Source: Octopus sinensis
Lineage: Eukaryota
Direction: 5' to 3'
Length of the DNA: 64,000 bases
Assembly: GCF_006345805.1 (NCBI RefSeq)
Contig: NW_021832134.1
Coordinates: 1 to 64,000, forward strand
The position numbers and the translations under genes are program-made. This document shows, piece after piece, positions 1 to 11,235 of the stretch; position 1 is the first letter of the stretch, and each line of letters starts with the position of its first letter. The notes beneath the pieces are model-generated. The model was not told the DNA's origin. It worked only from the letters and a program-made list of their open reading frames with translations, and did no database searches.

Positions 1-2029
1 AAAAGTAACGAAATTACTAAACGAAAGCAACCTAGATGGAAAACAAAACTTGAAGACACCAACAACGTGCGCCGCCATATTGGATGGTTAACTACAACAA
101 TAAAATGTAAGGAGAAAAATGAGTTTACACCTCACCAACTCTACCTTAGACAAAAATGAATGAAACTTTATGGCAACTCTTCAGACCGAGCCCTTGAGGG
201 AAAGCTGATCACTTTAAGACATGAACTCGGGATGATGAGCGAGAAAATCCGCTATCACAAGCGAATTTTTGAACGAGCCAGTATCAATCGCAAGTTTGTT
301 TCCAATTCACAAACATTATACAGAGATGAGGAAGGAAAATATTACTATTAAGAAAGCTCCTTCCCAAGAAGATCTACAATCATTCTGGCCAAAAATTTGG
401 AACGAAAAGAGGGATTTCAACCTGAATGCATCATAGTTAAATACAATTGAGAGAGAATATAGTACCAATACTAACAGTAAAATATACAAAATTGATGCAG
501 AAACCTTCGCTATAGCAGTAGGCAAACTGCAGAATGGGAAAGCACGTGGAAGGGACCTATCTAATAGTTGGATATTGCTACAAGAAGCAAACATTTTATA
601 GAAACCAGTTCATATGTATGTTCAAAAGGACTATGGAAGGTCAGACTGATATACCAAATTGGCTTGCTAAAGCAAGGACAAATCTTATTGCCAAGACCAA
701 AATCACCGATGGTAGGAAACTACAGGCCCATTGCTTGCCTAAGCATTATGTACAAACTCTACACAAGTTGCCTCAACCAATTCCTCCAGGACCATTGTGA
801 GTCGAACAACATGTGACTGACGAACAGGCTGATGGAAAGAAGGGAGTGTGGAGATGTGCCGAACAACTTTTAATAAACAAAGCTGTTTATACATACTGTG
901 CAGACAGCCTTCGAATGCCGTGTGGTATCACTCAGGTAGCACCTGCTAAACAACAGCAGCAAAAATAAATATATTAATGCTGCCCTGAAAAGTGAAGTGA
1001 GCAACATTGTACGAGTAGGCAGTGAACTCCTCAAGAAACACTCTCTTCCTGATAATCTCATATACAGCCCCCAAACAACTGGGCTCTCTTACCTCAGAGA
1101 AGACCTGGATGGAAAGCACTCAGCATACAAAAAAAAATGACCATGTATGGGTATGTTGCCCGGAAACTTGAAGAAGACAGTAGAACTGACACAAAGTGCA
1201 GCTTCTCTTGGACACAAGACTACTACATCACATCACACTTTGAAGGCTATGCGTTTGCAATCCAGGAACAGGAGATTGCCACAAAGTATCTGGTGAACAA
1301 GAGAGATAGTGACGCTCTTGTAATCCCAAGGTACAACCACATGTTTAGGCTATGTCATGTTTCTGTGGAAGACATCACGCATGTGATTAGCAGCTGTCCT
1401 AAAATGTCGTCACTCCATTACCTCCCTGTGCGACACAATGTTGTTGCTAAAACAATTTACAATGCCATCCGCAAAAAAGACTGTCCTGAAATAAACTTAG
1501 AAAATCCCTCTGTTATGGAATACGTTCATAAGCACCAACTCAAGAAATACTAGTGGAATATTCCTATCAAAACTTCTGTCAATTGTAAGCATAACAGGTC
1601 GGATATTGTTTGGGACAGAGGGGCACAGGTATTTACCATCATGGAGTTTAGCTGCCCTGCAGATATAAATGCTCTTTGAAAATCAAAGGAAAAGAGGCTA
1701 TCTATGGACAACTGCTTCAAAACCTCCAGATTCTATATCCAAACTATGAATTCATATTCATACCAATAATAATTGGAGCACTAGGTTTTGTTAGTAAATG
1801 CTTAAAGGAGAATCTGGATAAACTGGGATTTCAGAAAGAGAAACTAACCGTCTGATTCGTACATTACAAGTGTAATCTGTTAGTGGAACAGTGAAAATAT
1901 GCAAGGCTTTTTTCAAGTTCTAAATGTGAATTTCTCTGTGTTAACTACACCTCAAAGATGGAGCCATGATTCTTTGTTGGAAACCGGCTCCCTCCTCAGT
2001 GGAAGATTTATAATAATTAAAAAATAGAA

Positions 2030-2030
<1 letters not shown>
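1..2030 (+). mobile_element. Degraded R4/Dong-like (RLE) non-LTR retrotransposon, TACA-family relative, most of the RT deleted
   Basis: Frameshifted pieces: PRWKTKLE, FWPKIWNE, NWLAKARTNLIAK, NYRPIACL, CAEQLLINKAV, then a jump to EGYAFAIQEQEI, (C/F)RLCHVSVEDITHVISSCP, RHN, HNRSDIV, IPIIIGALG, GTVKICKAFFKF* (stop 1921-1923). Short 3'UTR follows. Runs off the window start. Confidence 0.85.
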
Positions 2031-2076
<46 letters not shown>

Positions 2077-2100
2077 CACACACACACACACACACACACA
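2031..2100. repeat. (CA)n microsatellite between the LINE 3' end and a tail-to-tail SINE
   Basis: Direct reading. Confidence 0.95.
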
Positions 2101-2424
2101 AAGGCCTCCTTCGGTCATGAATGGCTATGGGATTGCACCTAGAAATTTCCCCTCCGAAGCACAAGTCTGGGCAAGGTGGTTTATGGAAGACCAGTAGTCG
2201 CCCTTGAATACCAGCTTCCCCTCTCCATGCCACCAGTGTTATCCAAAGGAAAGGCAAAGGCCGATACAGCTTGGCATCAGTGACATCGCCACTCATTTCT
2301 ACAGCTGAGTGAACTGGACCAACGTGAAATGAAGTGTCTTGCTCAAGAACACAACACAACCCGGCCCGGAAATCGAATTCATTACCTCATGATTGCAGGC
2401 CCGATGCTCTAACAACTGAGCCTT
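2101..2424 (-). mobile_element. tRNA-headed SINE (family D)
   Basis: Minus strand: A-box-like GGCTCAGTTGTTAG, B-box-like AATTCGATTTCC, body TTCTTGAGCAAGACACTT, tail ending CATTCATGACCGAAGGAGGCC then (TG)n. Confidence 0.75.
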
Positions 2425-2639
2425 ATACATTCACATATACATACATATACATACATCTGAATAGACTGTTTTGCTGAAGAGACTTAACAATCCTGAAATT
2501 TGTCGTTTCAACCGGTTCGCTTTTAAAACTGGATCCATTAACCGTAGCGAGTCAAACAAACTAAATGTTATAAAAGAAACGAAATCAAATCCTAACATAC
2601 CCAGAGAATACTAACCAACAAACTATAAATCAGAACTAC

Positions 2640-3265
2640 AATTTAATGTAAACATGAACACAAGCGAATATGCCAGGAATCTGAGAGTAGAAAGTTTTTG
2701 AACTAGACAATATATTGAGTATGATAATAATCTGAAAGTAGAAATACTTAAATAAAATCTATTGAAGATCTCATGATGAACCAACGAAAGACGCTCCTAG
2801 AGATAAAACACTTTACGATAAGATAGCGACAACAACAAATATAAAGCAAGGCAAACACGATCATTGTAGACTTATCAAAAACAAAATCAAATAATATTTT
2901 TAGCAATCACTGTAGTCTGAGACAAAGTAGGCGTTTCTTTAAAACTTATAGTGGAACATCGAAACCCAAGTGAAAGACAGCGGTAAACAAAGATATAGGA
3001 AAATGATAGGACGTAAAAGAAAAGATCTCTCGATCCTTAATGAAATCAAGAGATAAGTCAAGAATGAAAGGCAAAAGAAAGATTAACAAACGTTACATAT
3101 ATACAAGATAACGGAAGCCAAAATCAAAGCGTGTTTCAAACTTATTGTCTTAAACATAAGTCGATATGAAAAATAACTGTTATTCTCAGAATAAAAGAAA
3201 CGCTTCGCTTCCAACCCTAAAAGATTTTATCAAGGAAACGGTAAAATTAAAATAGAAAATAATAT
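2640..3265 (+). mobile_element. Highly degraded N-terminal region of an R4/Dong-like ORF
   Basis: Fragments RKRKDLSILNEI and KRFASNPKRFYQG..KIKIEN match the segment just upstream of KFYQELGKNKIEI, where the 57680 copy begins. Confidence 0.55.
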
Positions 3266-3380
3266 AGCATCAACTACGTGAAAAGTCACTTAACTTTACG
3301 TTGGCTTAGTTAATCAAGCTAACTCCCGGTTAAAACGTTCCATTTATGACCATCACATCTTATTTTCCTCCAACTTTATA

Positions 3381-3545
3381 GGTGCAGGCGTAGCAGTGTG
3401 GTAAGACGCTTGCTTCGCAACTACATGTTTAATGGGTTCAGTCCCACTGCGTGCCACCTTGGGCAAGTGTCTTTTGCTATAGCCTCAGGCAAACCTAAGC
3501 CTCGTAAGGAGATTTGCTAGACAGAATCTGAAAGAAGGCAGTCAT
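3381..3545 (+). mobile_element. SINE family A, 5' half only
   Basis: GGTGCAGGCGTAGCAGTGTGGTAAG ... GGTTCAGTCCCACTGCGTGCCACCTTGGGCAAGTGTCTT. Confidence 0.8.
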
Positions 3546-3629
3546 ATATTGTGCTAATGCATTTCTTGTGAACGTCCGCACTTTCGTTCCTTTTCGTTCT
3601 TTCTATTTGAATTATATATTTGAATTGAC

Positions 3630-3672
<43 letters not shown>

Positions 3673-4002
3673 TTAGTTTAAAAGAATTAAAATATAGTTT
3701 ATAGTATTGAACGATGATAATGTGATATAGGGGCCTGATGATTGGGGTTACATTTTAAGAAGGGTTCCAGCAAAACGCGGAGTGGTTTAGGAACCGGGAA
3801 ATATACCTCATGAAACACGTGTAGCCAAGTTATAAAACAGTAGGTATTTAAAATAAAAATCCGTTTTAATATGGTGAGATGAAGGGGCCTACTATCTCAA
3901 AGTTAAAATATGTATTTCTTCATTGAGAATAATTTGAACCTCTGTTATGCTGGAATTTTTATTCCCTAACAAATAAACTTAAAACATATATATATATATA
4001 TA

Positions 4003-4116
4003 AGGATGAAAGGCAAAGTCGACCTCGGCGGAATTTGAGCTCAGAACGAAGCGACTGACGAAATACCGCTAAGCATTTCGCCCGGTGTGCTAACGTTTCC
4101 GCCAGCTCGCCGCCTT
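4003..4116 (-). mobile_element. SINE family B, 5' part
   Basis: Reverse complement starts AAGGCGGCGAGCTGGCGGAAACGTTAGCAC ... TTCTGAGCTCAAATTCCGCCGAGGTCGAC. Confidence 0.85.
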
Positions 4117-4117
4117 A

Positions 4118-4180
<63 letters not shown>

Positions 4181-4186
4181 CACACT

Positions 4187-4238
4187 CACCTGACAATTAT
4201 ATATATGTATATATATATATATATATAATTGTCAGGTG
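4187..4238. repeat. 52-bp palindrome: CACCTGACAATTA arms around a (TA)n core
   Basis: CACCTGACAATTATATAT...ATATATAATTGTCAGGTG, followed by TA. Confidence 0.7.
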
Positions 4239-4791
4239 TACCATTTATTTTTAGAATCATAGTGTGTGGTTTTAGGTTAATCATCTATTTCAGTCGCGTA
4301 ACGTTTTTATGTAGATACTCCCTCGGTGGCTAGTTTATCAAGGGGTGTAGATACAGAAGAAATTCGCGGAGTAGCATGAAATGTGGATTGTTCACTTAGG
4401 ATAAGAGAATGCTAAAAATGCACCAAATGAATTAATAGAAAAATCGAGGTGAAGAATGAAAAAAAAAACCCAAAAAATAAACAAAAAACTAAAGACAAAA
4501 GTAAAGACTTATCCCAGACAATGGAAAATTGAAACAAGTGAAAAGTATACAGAAATGGCGAAGTTCCAAAATTCTACGAAATATAGCCACTAAATACTTG
4601 CAAGGATATTTAACGATTTTCTGAAACAGCCAGAAACAACAACGTTAGGAAATTAAAAGGAATTGAACAAGAATGAAAAGTATTAAAAAGAAAATAACAA
4701 AAGAATATTGTAATCATAAAGACTGGCTAAAAACTCAACCGCCTAAAACTGGAGTTCTATAATCTATCAACCGATAATTTGTAAAACCTTC

Positions 4792-5185
4792 AAGATAGAG
4801 AGTTGGCAGAGTTATTAACATGCCCGTTTTTATGTTCTGAGTTCAAATTTCTCTGAGGTCAACCTTGTCTTTTATCCTTTCGGAGTCGATAAAATAAATA
4901 TCATTTGAGCATTTGGGTCGATGTAATTGACTTTCCGCTCGCCGCAAAAGTTGTAGGTCCTGTTGCAAAATATGATTTAATAAAGGCAGCGTGCTGACAG
5001 AATCGTAAAGACAGATAAAATGGTTAGCAGCATTTCGTTCGTCTGTTCGTTTTGAGTTCAAATTCCATTGTAGTTGGCTTTGTCTCTCACCCTTTCGGAG
5101 TTCGTTGAAATAAGTACTAGTCCAGGACAGGGGTCGACGTAATTAACGGTATCCTTCCCCCAAAATGTTCAGGCCTTCTGCATAT
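4792..5185 (+). mobile_element. Two tandem degraded SINE B-type copies
   Basis: Twice GTTCTGAG/GTTTTGAGTTCAAATT ... CCTTTCGGAGT ... GGGTCGA(T/C)GTAATT. Confidence 0.6.
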
Positions 5186-5414
5186 ATTAAAAAGGAATAT
5201 AATCACCATCTTGAACAAATCCGTGATCCAGTCCATACTTAGACTTTTCTTCCACTTCTTACAACCCTCATTTGTAGCTTTGTTGATCAATAGCTGAGGC
5301 CTTTGCAACCTCCCGTCAATTGTCTTGGAAACGTAGTTTCCATATCAACACTAATTCTGCTTGATACATGCTTAAAAGTCATCTCAGCTGTGGCAATCCT
5401 ATCTTTTATACAGA

Positions 5415-5631
5415 TGAGGTGGTGATGAAAAGTTCCTGGCTTTAAGGGTTTCGCTGAAGGCCTGGTTCCAGTGCTAACCATTCAATTTCTTTAACAGGAC
5501 TTAGAAAAGCTGGAAGACCGCTGTAATTAGCGTATGAATCTGAGAGGGAAATACGTTGAATAAAATCATAATTAACTGATCCTCCTGCATTTTTTAATAC
5601 CCAAAGCCAAGAACTTTTCAGCACGCTCTCG
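5415..5631 (+). mobile_element. Mariner-derived MITE
   Basis: TIRs TGAGGTGGTGATGAAAAGTTCCTGGCTTT and AAAGCCAAGAACTTTTCAGCACGCTCTCG, then TA. Interior reads like a mariner C-terminus (EKLEDRCN*RMNLRGKYVE*). Confidence 0.75.
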
Positions 5632-5657
5632 TACATTAACGTGTTCGTATTTTCAAA

Positions 5658-5897
5658 GCAGTGGCATAGTGTTAGGCACACAATCGTAAGGTCGAGGTTT
5701 CGAATTCTAGACAGGACATCGCATTCTTGTACAAAACACTCCATTTCAAATTGTTCCAGCCAACTCAACTGATGTAACAGTAATAGCTGATGGTTAGACC
5801 TGTGTAGGATTGCATCCCGCTCAAAGTGTAGTATTTCCGGTCTTTTATGCGTCACAGAACCGGAATAAACTCCGACCTAATGAGCCTGTGGGCTCGC
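5658..5897 (+). mobile_element. Old tRNA-SINE with a V-domain-like body
   Basis: B-box GGTTTCGAATTC. Body GCATCCCGCTC...TTATGCGTCACAGAACCGGAATAAACTCCGACCTAATGAGCC resembles the V-SINE central motif (from recall). Confidence 0.5.
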
Positions 5898-6244
5898 AAC
5901 AAACATGAAAAAACAAGACTAAGGCAAACAATTTAAGGAAGATTTGGTTGCAAATTCCTGTAGGTCGAGTGATTACATAGAGATGCATTGGTTCGTAAAT
6001 CTTTGATAGTGTTCCTCACCTACGAAAACTAGTATCCTAGAATGAATATGCTAGTCAATCGAAGACCAAAGGATTGGTAGAAGTATGACAGAAAAATATC
6101 ATGTGGCTGAGTTTAACATCCCCACCAGAAAAAAAAGAGGAAAAGGGAATTGTCACAAATGCATATCTATCGAACTCCAAGAAAACAGTACTTCATGCAG
6201 GTGCAAGCCGAAAAATGTCTTCATTGAGTAAGGGATATTGTATA

Positions 6245-6407
6245 GGCGCAGGAGCGGCTGTGTGGTAAGTAGCTTGCTTACCAACTACATGGTTCCGGGT
6301 TCATTCCCACTGCGTGGCACCTTGGTCAAGTGTCTTCTACTATAGCCTCGGGCCGACCTAAGCCTTGTGAGTGGATTTGGTAGACGGAAACTGAAAGAAG
6401 CACGTCG

Positions 6408-6446
<39 letters not shown>

Positions 6447-6695
6447 TTGTGTGTGTGTATGTGTGTGTGTGTGTGTGTGTGTGTTTATCTGTTTGTCTCC
6501 CCAACATCGCTTGACAACCGATGTTTGTGTGTTTACGTCCCCGTAATTTAGTGGTTCGGCAAAAGAGACCGATAGAATAAATACTAGGCTTACAAAGAAT
6601 AAGTCCTGGGGTCGATTTGCTCGACTAAAGGAGGTGCTCCAGCATGGCCACAGTCAAATGACTGAAACAAGTAAAAGAGTAAAGAGAGTAAAGAG
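6245..6695 (+). mobile_element. SINE family A, full length, internal (TA)n(TG)n
   Basis: GGCGCAGGAGCGGCTGTGTGGTAAG head, CCTTGGTCAAGTG CORE-like motif, 3' half ending CAGTCAAATGACTGAAACAAGTAAAAGAG. Confidence 0.9.
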
Positions 6696-6729
6696 TATGA
6701 CATACAAGAAAGGAAAGAGACCAGGACAT

Positions 6730-7080
6730 TGTAGAGTTCCTAAGCAACTCTCAAGAGAAAGTAAAGAAAAGTTTCCATGATCACATGCACGTTGGACGAG
6801 GTTAGCTTTTTTCCAGCGTACATAAATCGGCATTCTTGTAGGATTACACTGCTGGGGCTACGACAGGAAATGGATCAGAAGTCGCTGATAACAACGGTGG
6901 AGGTGTATGATAAAGTGATCGGTATCACATTAACGTTTGCTGTTACCGACATCGCCTGGAGATTTGGTGATTCCCTCAGGCTCTATTGCTTCAAGAGTCG
7001 AATCAAGGTTAATATGGTCGAGGGAATTAAGTTCAAATACTTAAAATACTTCAAATAAAGTATGAACCACTTGTGTGATA
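6730..7080 (+). pseudogene. Eroded Gag/ORF1-like relic related to the 28.4-29.6 kb ORF
   Basis: EVSFFPAYINRHSCRITLLGL aligns with EILFLPSYCGRKLIRAWICGL (8/21 identical). VEGIKFKYLKYF aligns with LEGRPPKCHSCL (Cys to Tyr). Confidence 0.45.
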
Positions 7081-8410
7081 ATGAACAGGAAGGCGCAATA
7101 CCCTTCCCGCAGACCCCCATGATACAAAAAACTGCAACAACCCCTACAGTGGAAGTAACATCGCTACAATAATCAGTGACTTAGTAAACAACCGCAGTAA
7201 AGCAGCAGCAAAATGACCAATTCCAACTAAACAAAAATTTAAAAGAGAGACACACATACACATATATGCACGCGCACACACGTACGCATGCACGCACAAA
7301 TATTGTAGACAGATAAAAACTGTACAAATAAGGACGAAACAGACACTCATACATGCATGGCTATGCCACTGTCCTCGTCACACCCTCGTCATTTGACAAC
7401 ATTGTGAAGGAGGATGTGGAAAAAAATTGAAAATATGTTTTGCTGAGAGCAAAAACAAGGCTTGTCGCGGTCACGCAACGCCGAAGATTGCAAAGTTTGA
7501 CGAGACATCGAAGAACTTGTCAAGCATCCATTCCTGCCTAACAAATCAACAATAACAACGAAAAAAAAAAGTTAATTCCAAAACCACTAAAAAAAAAGAA
7601 GAAAACGACCATCAATAGGAAAACTCACAAGAACAATAACAAATATAAGACGAAAAAAAAAAAGAAAAGAAAAAGAACCCACATCAGCTAAACTTGCAAC
7701 ACATACAAATAACAAAAGCAACAACAGGAGAATATACAAATAACCATTGGCTAAACATCAAAAGAAACAACAAAAACAACAGCAAGAACAACAGCAACAG
7801 CATCAGCAACGACACCACCAACAAAATTAATAGCCAAACATAAAACAACCACTTCCCTTCAACTTTGCTGTTCTAAAGGGTTTAGTATCAATTTATCGAA
7901 AGCAGTTGATCGAAATACAATTGATCAAAGACAGTTTGCTAGAAAACAAAGCGAAAGATAAACAATGCAAATAAATAAAAAAAAACAAAATACAAAAAAA
8001 AAAAACAAGTTATAAACAAATATTCGAAGTGCGGAGAAATAGGTCAATGAAAAAAAATGGTTATATTGTTGAGGTTTATAAAAATTATTTTATTTAAATG
8101 TTCTGCGATTTACAATTTCCCATTATAGGCTGCTGTACATGAATATAAAGCATACACGCAAGCACATGCACGCTCACACATACATATGCACATACGCACA
8201 CCTACGCATACACGTACATACACACACGAATATGCATGCGTACCCAGACATACAGCCTACACCAGCTCTTTACATATTGATGAAAAATTATTTTAACGAA
8301 ATACGACAACATATTCTAATACTAATATTTTAATATTTGTTATAATTATTGTTTTATTTGGTGTATTTCAATTAATTGTAGACACACATACACACACATA
8401 CACACACACA

Positions 8411-8674
8411 CTTTATCAAAAAGGAGCAAAAACATTACAAAAACTGTTACTCAGAGTTTCATGTTCCTGTTCGTTGGACAGTTTTGTTTAGAATGGAGCA
8501 AGTTATATGAAGAAATACAATTACTTTGATAGATACACATTTGAAAATGGTTTTGTAATTGTATTTCTGCATATAACTTTATCTTGCTCCATTCGAAACA
8601 AAACTGTCCAACGAACGGGAACAAGAAACTCTGAGTAACAGTTTTTGTGATATTTTTGTTGCTTTTCACTAAAG
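8411..8674. mobile_element. Palindromic MITE/fold-back (~115-bp arms, ~30-nt loop)
   Basis: ACAAAAACTGTTACTCAGAGTTTC...GTTCGTTGGACAGTTTTGTTT mirrored by AAACAAAACTGTCCAACGAAC...GAAACTCTGAGTAACAGTTTTTGT. TA follows the right end. Confidence 0.8.
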
Positions 8675-8756
8675 TATATTACTCTACATCTGGTATCGAG
8701 TGCTATTTTTTACAGCTTGTTTCACATTTATGTGCTTACTCTGGTGTGTGTGTGTG

Positions 8757-8826
<70 letters not shown>

Positions 8827-8940
8827 ATATAATAGTAAATTACTAACAAAGTCTCTCTAAAAGCTTTTAGTCTTATATCTATAAGACTTGCCATATAATA
8901 TGGCGATAACAATATATATATATATATATATATAATATAT

Positions 8941-9236
8941 GGGAGGGCGCAATGGCCCATGGTTAGGGCAGCGGACTCGCGGTCGTAGAATCGCGGTTCC
9001 GATTCCCAGACCGGGCGTTGTGTGTGTGTTTATTGAGCGAAAACACCTAAAAGCTCCACGAGGGGGTGGTGATCCCTGCTGTACTCTTTCACCACTCTTT
9101 CTCTTACTCTTCTGTTGGCCTGCTCGCTTAGCCAGCGGGGTGGGGGTCATTCGAAGGCTAAAACAATGCGAACGCATTGTGACCAGCGATGTGTAGCAAC
9201 ATCTGATGGTCTGGTCGGTCACACGATCACGTGATA
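8941..9236 (+). mobile_element. SINE family C (tRNA-Arg-like head), tail type 1
   Basis: GGCGCAATGGCCCATGGTTAGGGCAGCGGACTCGCGG head. Tail ...GCATTGTGACCAGCGATGTGTAGCAACATCTGATGGTCTGGTCGGTCACACGATCACGTGATA. Confidence 0.85.
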
Positions 9237-9491
9237 TATATATATATATATATATATCAAAATAAGCAACAAGGTACCCAGAGGTAATGCAGTACGATCG
9301 TTTCATGCAACTCCATTTAATTTAACAATGCAATCATTACATCAATTTAAAATGCAGAGCAATCTTCAGCTGTACAAAGACGTATAATTTAATTAATTAG
9401 AACAGCTGGACATATTAGTATAATTATATCTAAAATCTCCAGAAATTAAGGAGATAGACAAAGAACATGCTTCCCCACTCCAGTTTAGAAG

Positions 9492-9541
<50 letters not shown>

Positions 9542-9629
9542 GTGTGTGTGTGTGGTGTGTGTTTATATGTATATCTATGCTTACATTCACATATTTATTT
9601 GAAAATGTATGCATCATCAAAATACTTTA

Positions 9630-9900
9630 AAAAATCGTTTCTCATCCACGCGTTCAAGTTTCGATCCCACTGCATGACATTTTAGACAAGTGCAAGTTAC
9701 AATTCTCTATACAATGTGAGTGAAACTGGCTTGACGGACGTTGGGTAGAGGGGTACCATGGAAAAGTAGGACGGGTGGATTGTACTTGTAAGTCAAAGGT
9801 CCATCAATGTTACAGTCTGTGTCGTGCTGGGTCTGCCTGTTAAGGATATATGTGCCTGCGGAATACTCAGCCAGTCATACTTAATTCAATGAGTAGGTAA
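9630..9900 (+). mobile_element. Old SINE with an A-type head and the tail of the 48110 copy
   Basis: TTTCGATCCCACTGC...AGACAAGTG head remnant. GTTAAGGATATATGTGCCTGCGGAATACTCAGCC resembles GTTAAGGGTACACGTGTCTGTAGAGTGCTCAGCC. Confidence 0.45.
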
Positions 9901-10349
9901 TTCAATTGATCGCACAACTAAATACTCATACTCGAAATCGACGGAGAGCCATCTATTATTTTTTAAAATCTTTATACGCGTTTGTGTACTCGTGTACAAC
10001 TGTATGTGTGTGTATGTGTGTGTATGTATGTGTGTGTGTGCATGAGTGCATGTGTATGTGGTCTGTCTATGCTCATGCGTCGAGTGTGCTTGTGTTTGTG
10101 CATACATGTGTGTGTGCGTGCGTCTGTGCATGTGGTGAATGAGCGTACATACGAGTATATGTGTGTGTATGTATGTGTTGTGTATGTGTGTGTGTGTGTG
10201 CGTGTGTGTGTGTGTGTGTGTATGTGTTAGCTCTGGTTTCTAATCTAATCAGATCGTATTTCCACAGTGTTTTATGAAAATTAATTCATTATTGATTCAT
10301 AAACCTGGCTGCCATTTTGACCAGCTTTCAGTGTCAACCAGTGCATCTT

Positions 10350-11183
10350 CCCATTTATGGCCTTCTTCTTCTTCTTCTTCTTCTTCTTCTTCTTCTTCTT
10401 CTTCTTCTTCTTCTTCTTCTTCTTCTTCTTCTTCTTCTTCTTCTTCTTCTTCTTCTTCTTCTTCTTCTTCTTCTTCTTCTTCTTCTTCTTCTTTCATCCT
10501 CCTCATTTTTTCTCGTTATCTCTATTGTAACTCCTATTCTGCTTGCACTTCATCTTCATCTTCATCTTCATCTTCATTATCACAACATATCCCCCATCAT
10601 CATCATCGTCATCACCATCATCATCTTCCCCATCGTCAGCAGTACCACCATCACCATCACCATCATCATCTTCGTCATCATCGTCACCGTCATTATCGTC
10701 TTCGTCATCATCATCATCATTTGCAGCAGCAGCAGTAGCAGCAGTGCCATCGTTGTCTTATTGCAGCAGCTGCTGTTGTTGTTGTTGTTGATGTTGTTGT
10801 TATTGTTGTTGTTGTTATTGTTGTTGTTGTTGTTGTTCTTCTTCTTCTTCTTCGTCGTCGTCGTCGTCGTCATCATCATCGTCACGATCATGATCATGAT
10901 CGTCGTCGTCGTCGTCGTCATCATCATCATCATCATCATTTTCTTCTTCTTTTTCTTCTTCTTCTTCTTCTTCTTCTTCTTCTTCTTCTTTTTCTTCTTC
11001 TTCTTCTTCTTCTTCTTCTTCTTCTTCGTCTTCTTCGTCATCGTCATCGTCATCGTCATCATCATCATCATCATCGTCATCACAGTCATCATCGTAAACT
11101 CTATCCACCGCCATGTGCATCAGCATGATTTTACAGCACAAGCGCTACCATTTCGATCAACACGACCCTCCTCCACATTCTCC

Positions 11184-11232
<49 letters not shown>
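10350..11232. repeat. Mosaic trinucleotide array (CTT, CAT, CAC, CAG, GTT, CGT, ATT)
   Basis: Direct reading; explains the homopolymeric ORFs in the track. Confidence 0.95.

Positions 11233-11235
<3 letters not shown>

Noticed and set aside
2031-2100. (CA)n as the target of the 1-2030 LINE (a third microsatellite specificity)
   Set aside because: The same tract is equally explained as the tail of the adjacent minus-strand SINE, and the LINE 5' flank is outside the window
2476-2506. CTGAAGA...GAAA...GTC hammerhead-like spacing
   Set aside because: Stems I, II and III do not pair convincingly
7380-7550. GC-richer island with a minus-strand acceptor and short open frames
   Set aside because: No donor and no recognisable peptide in any frame
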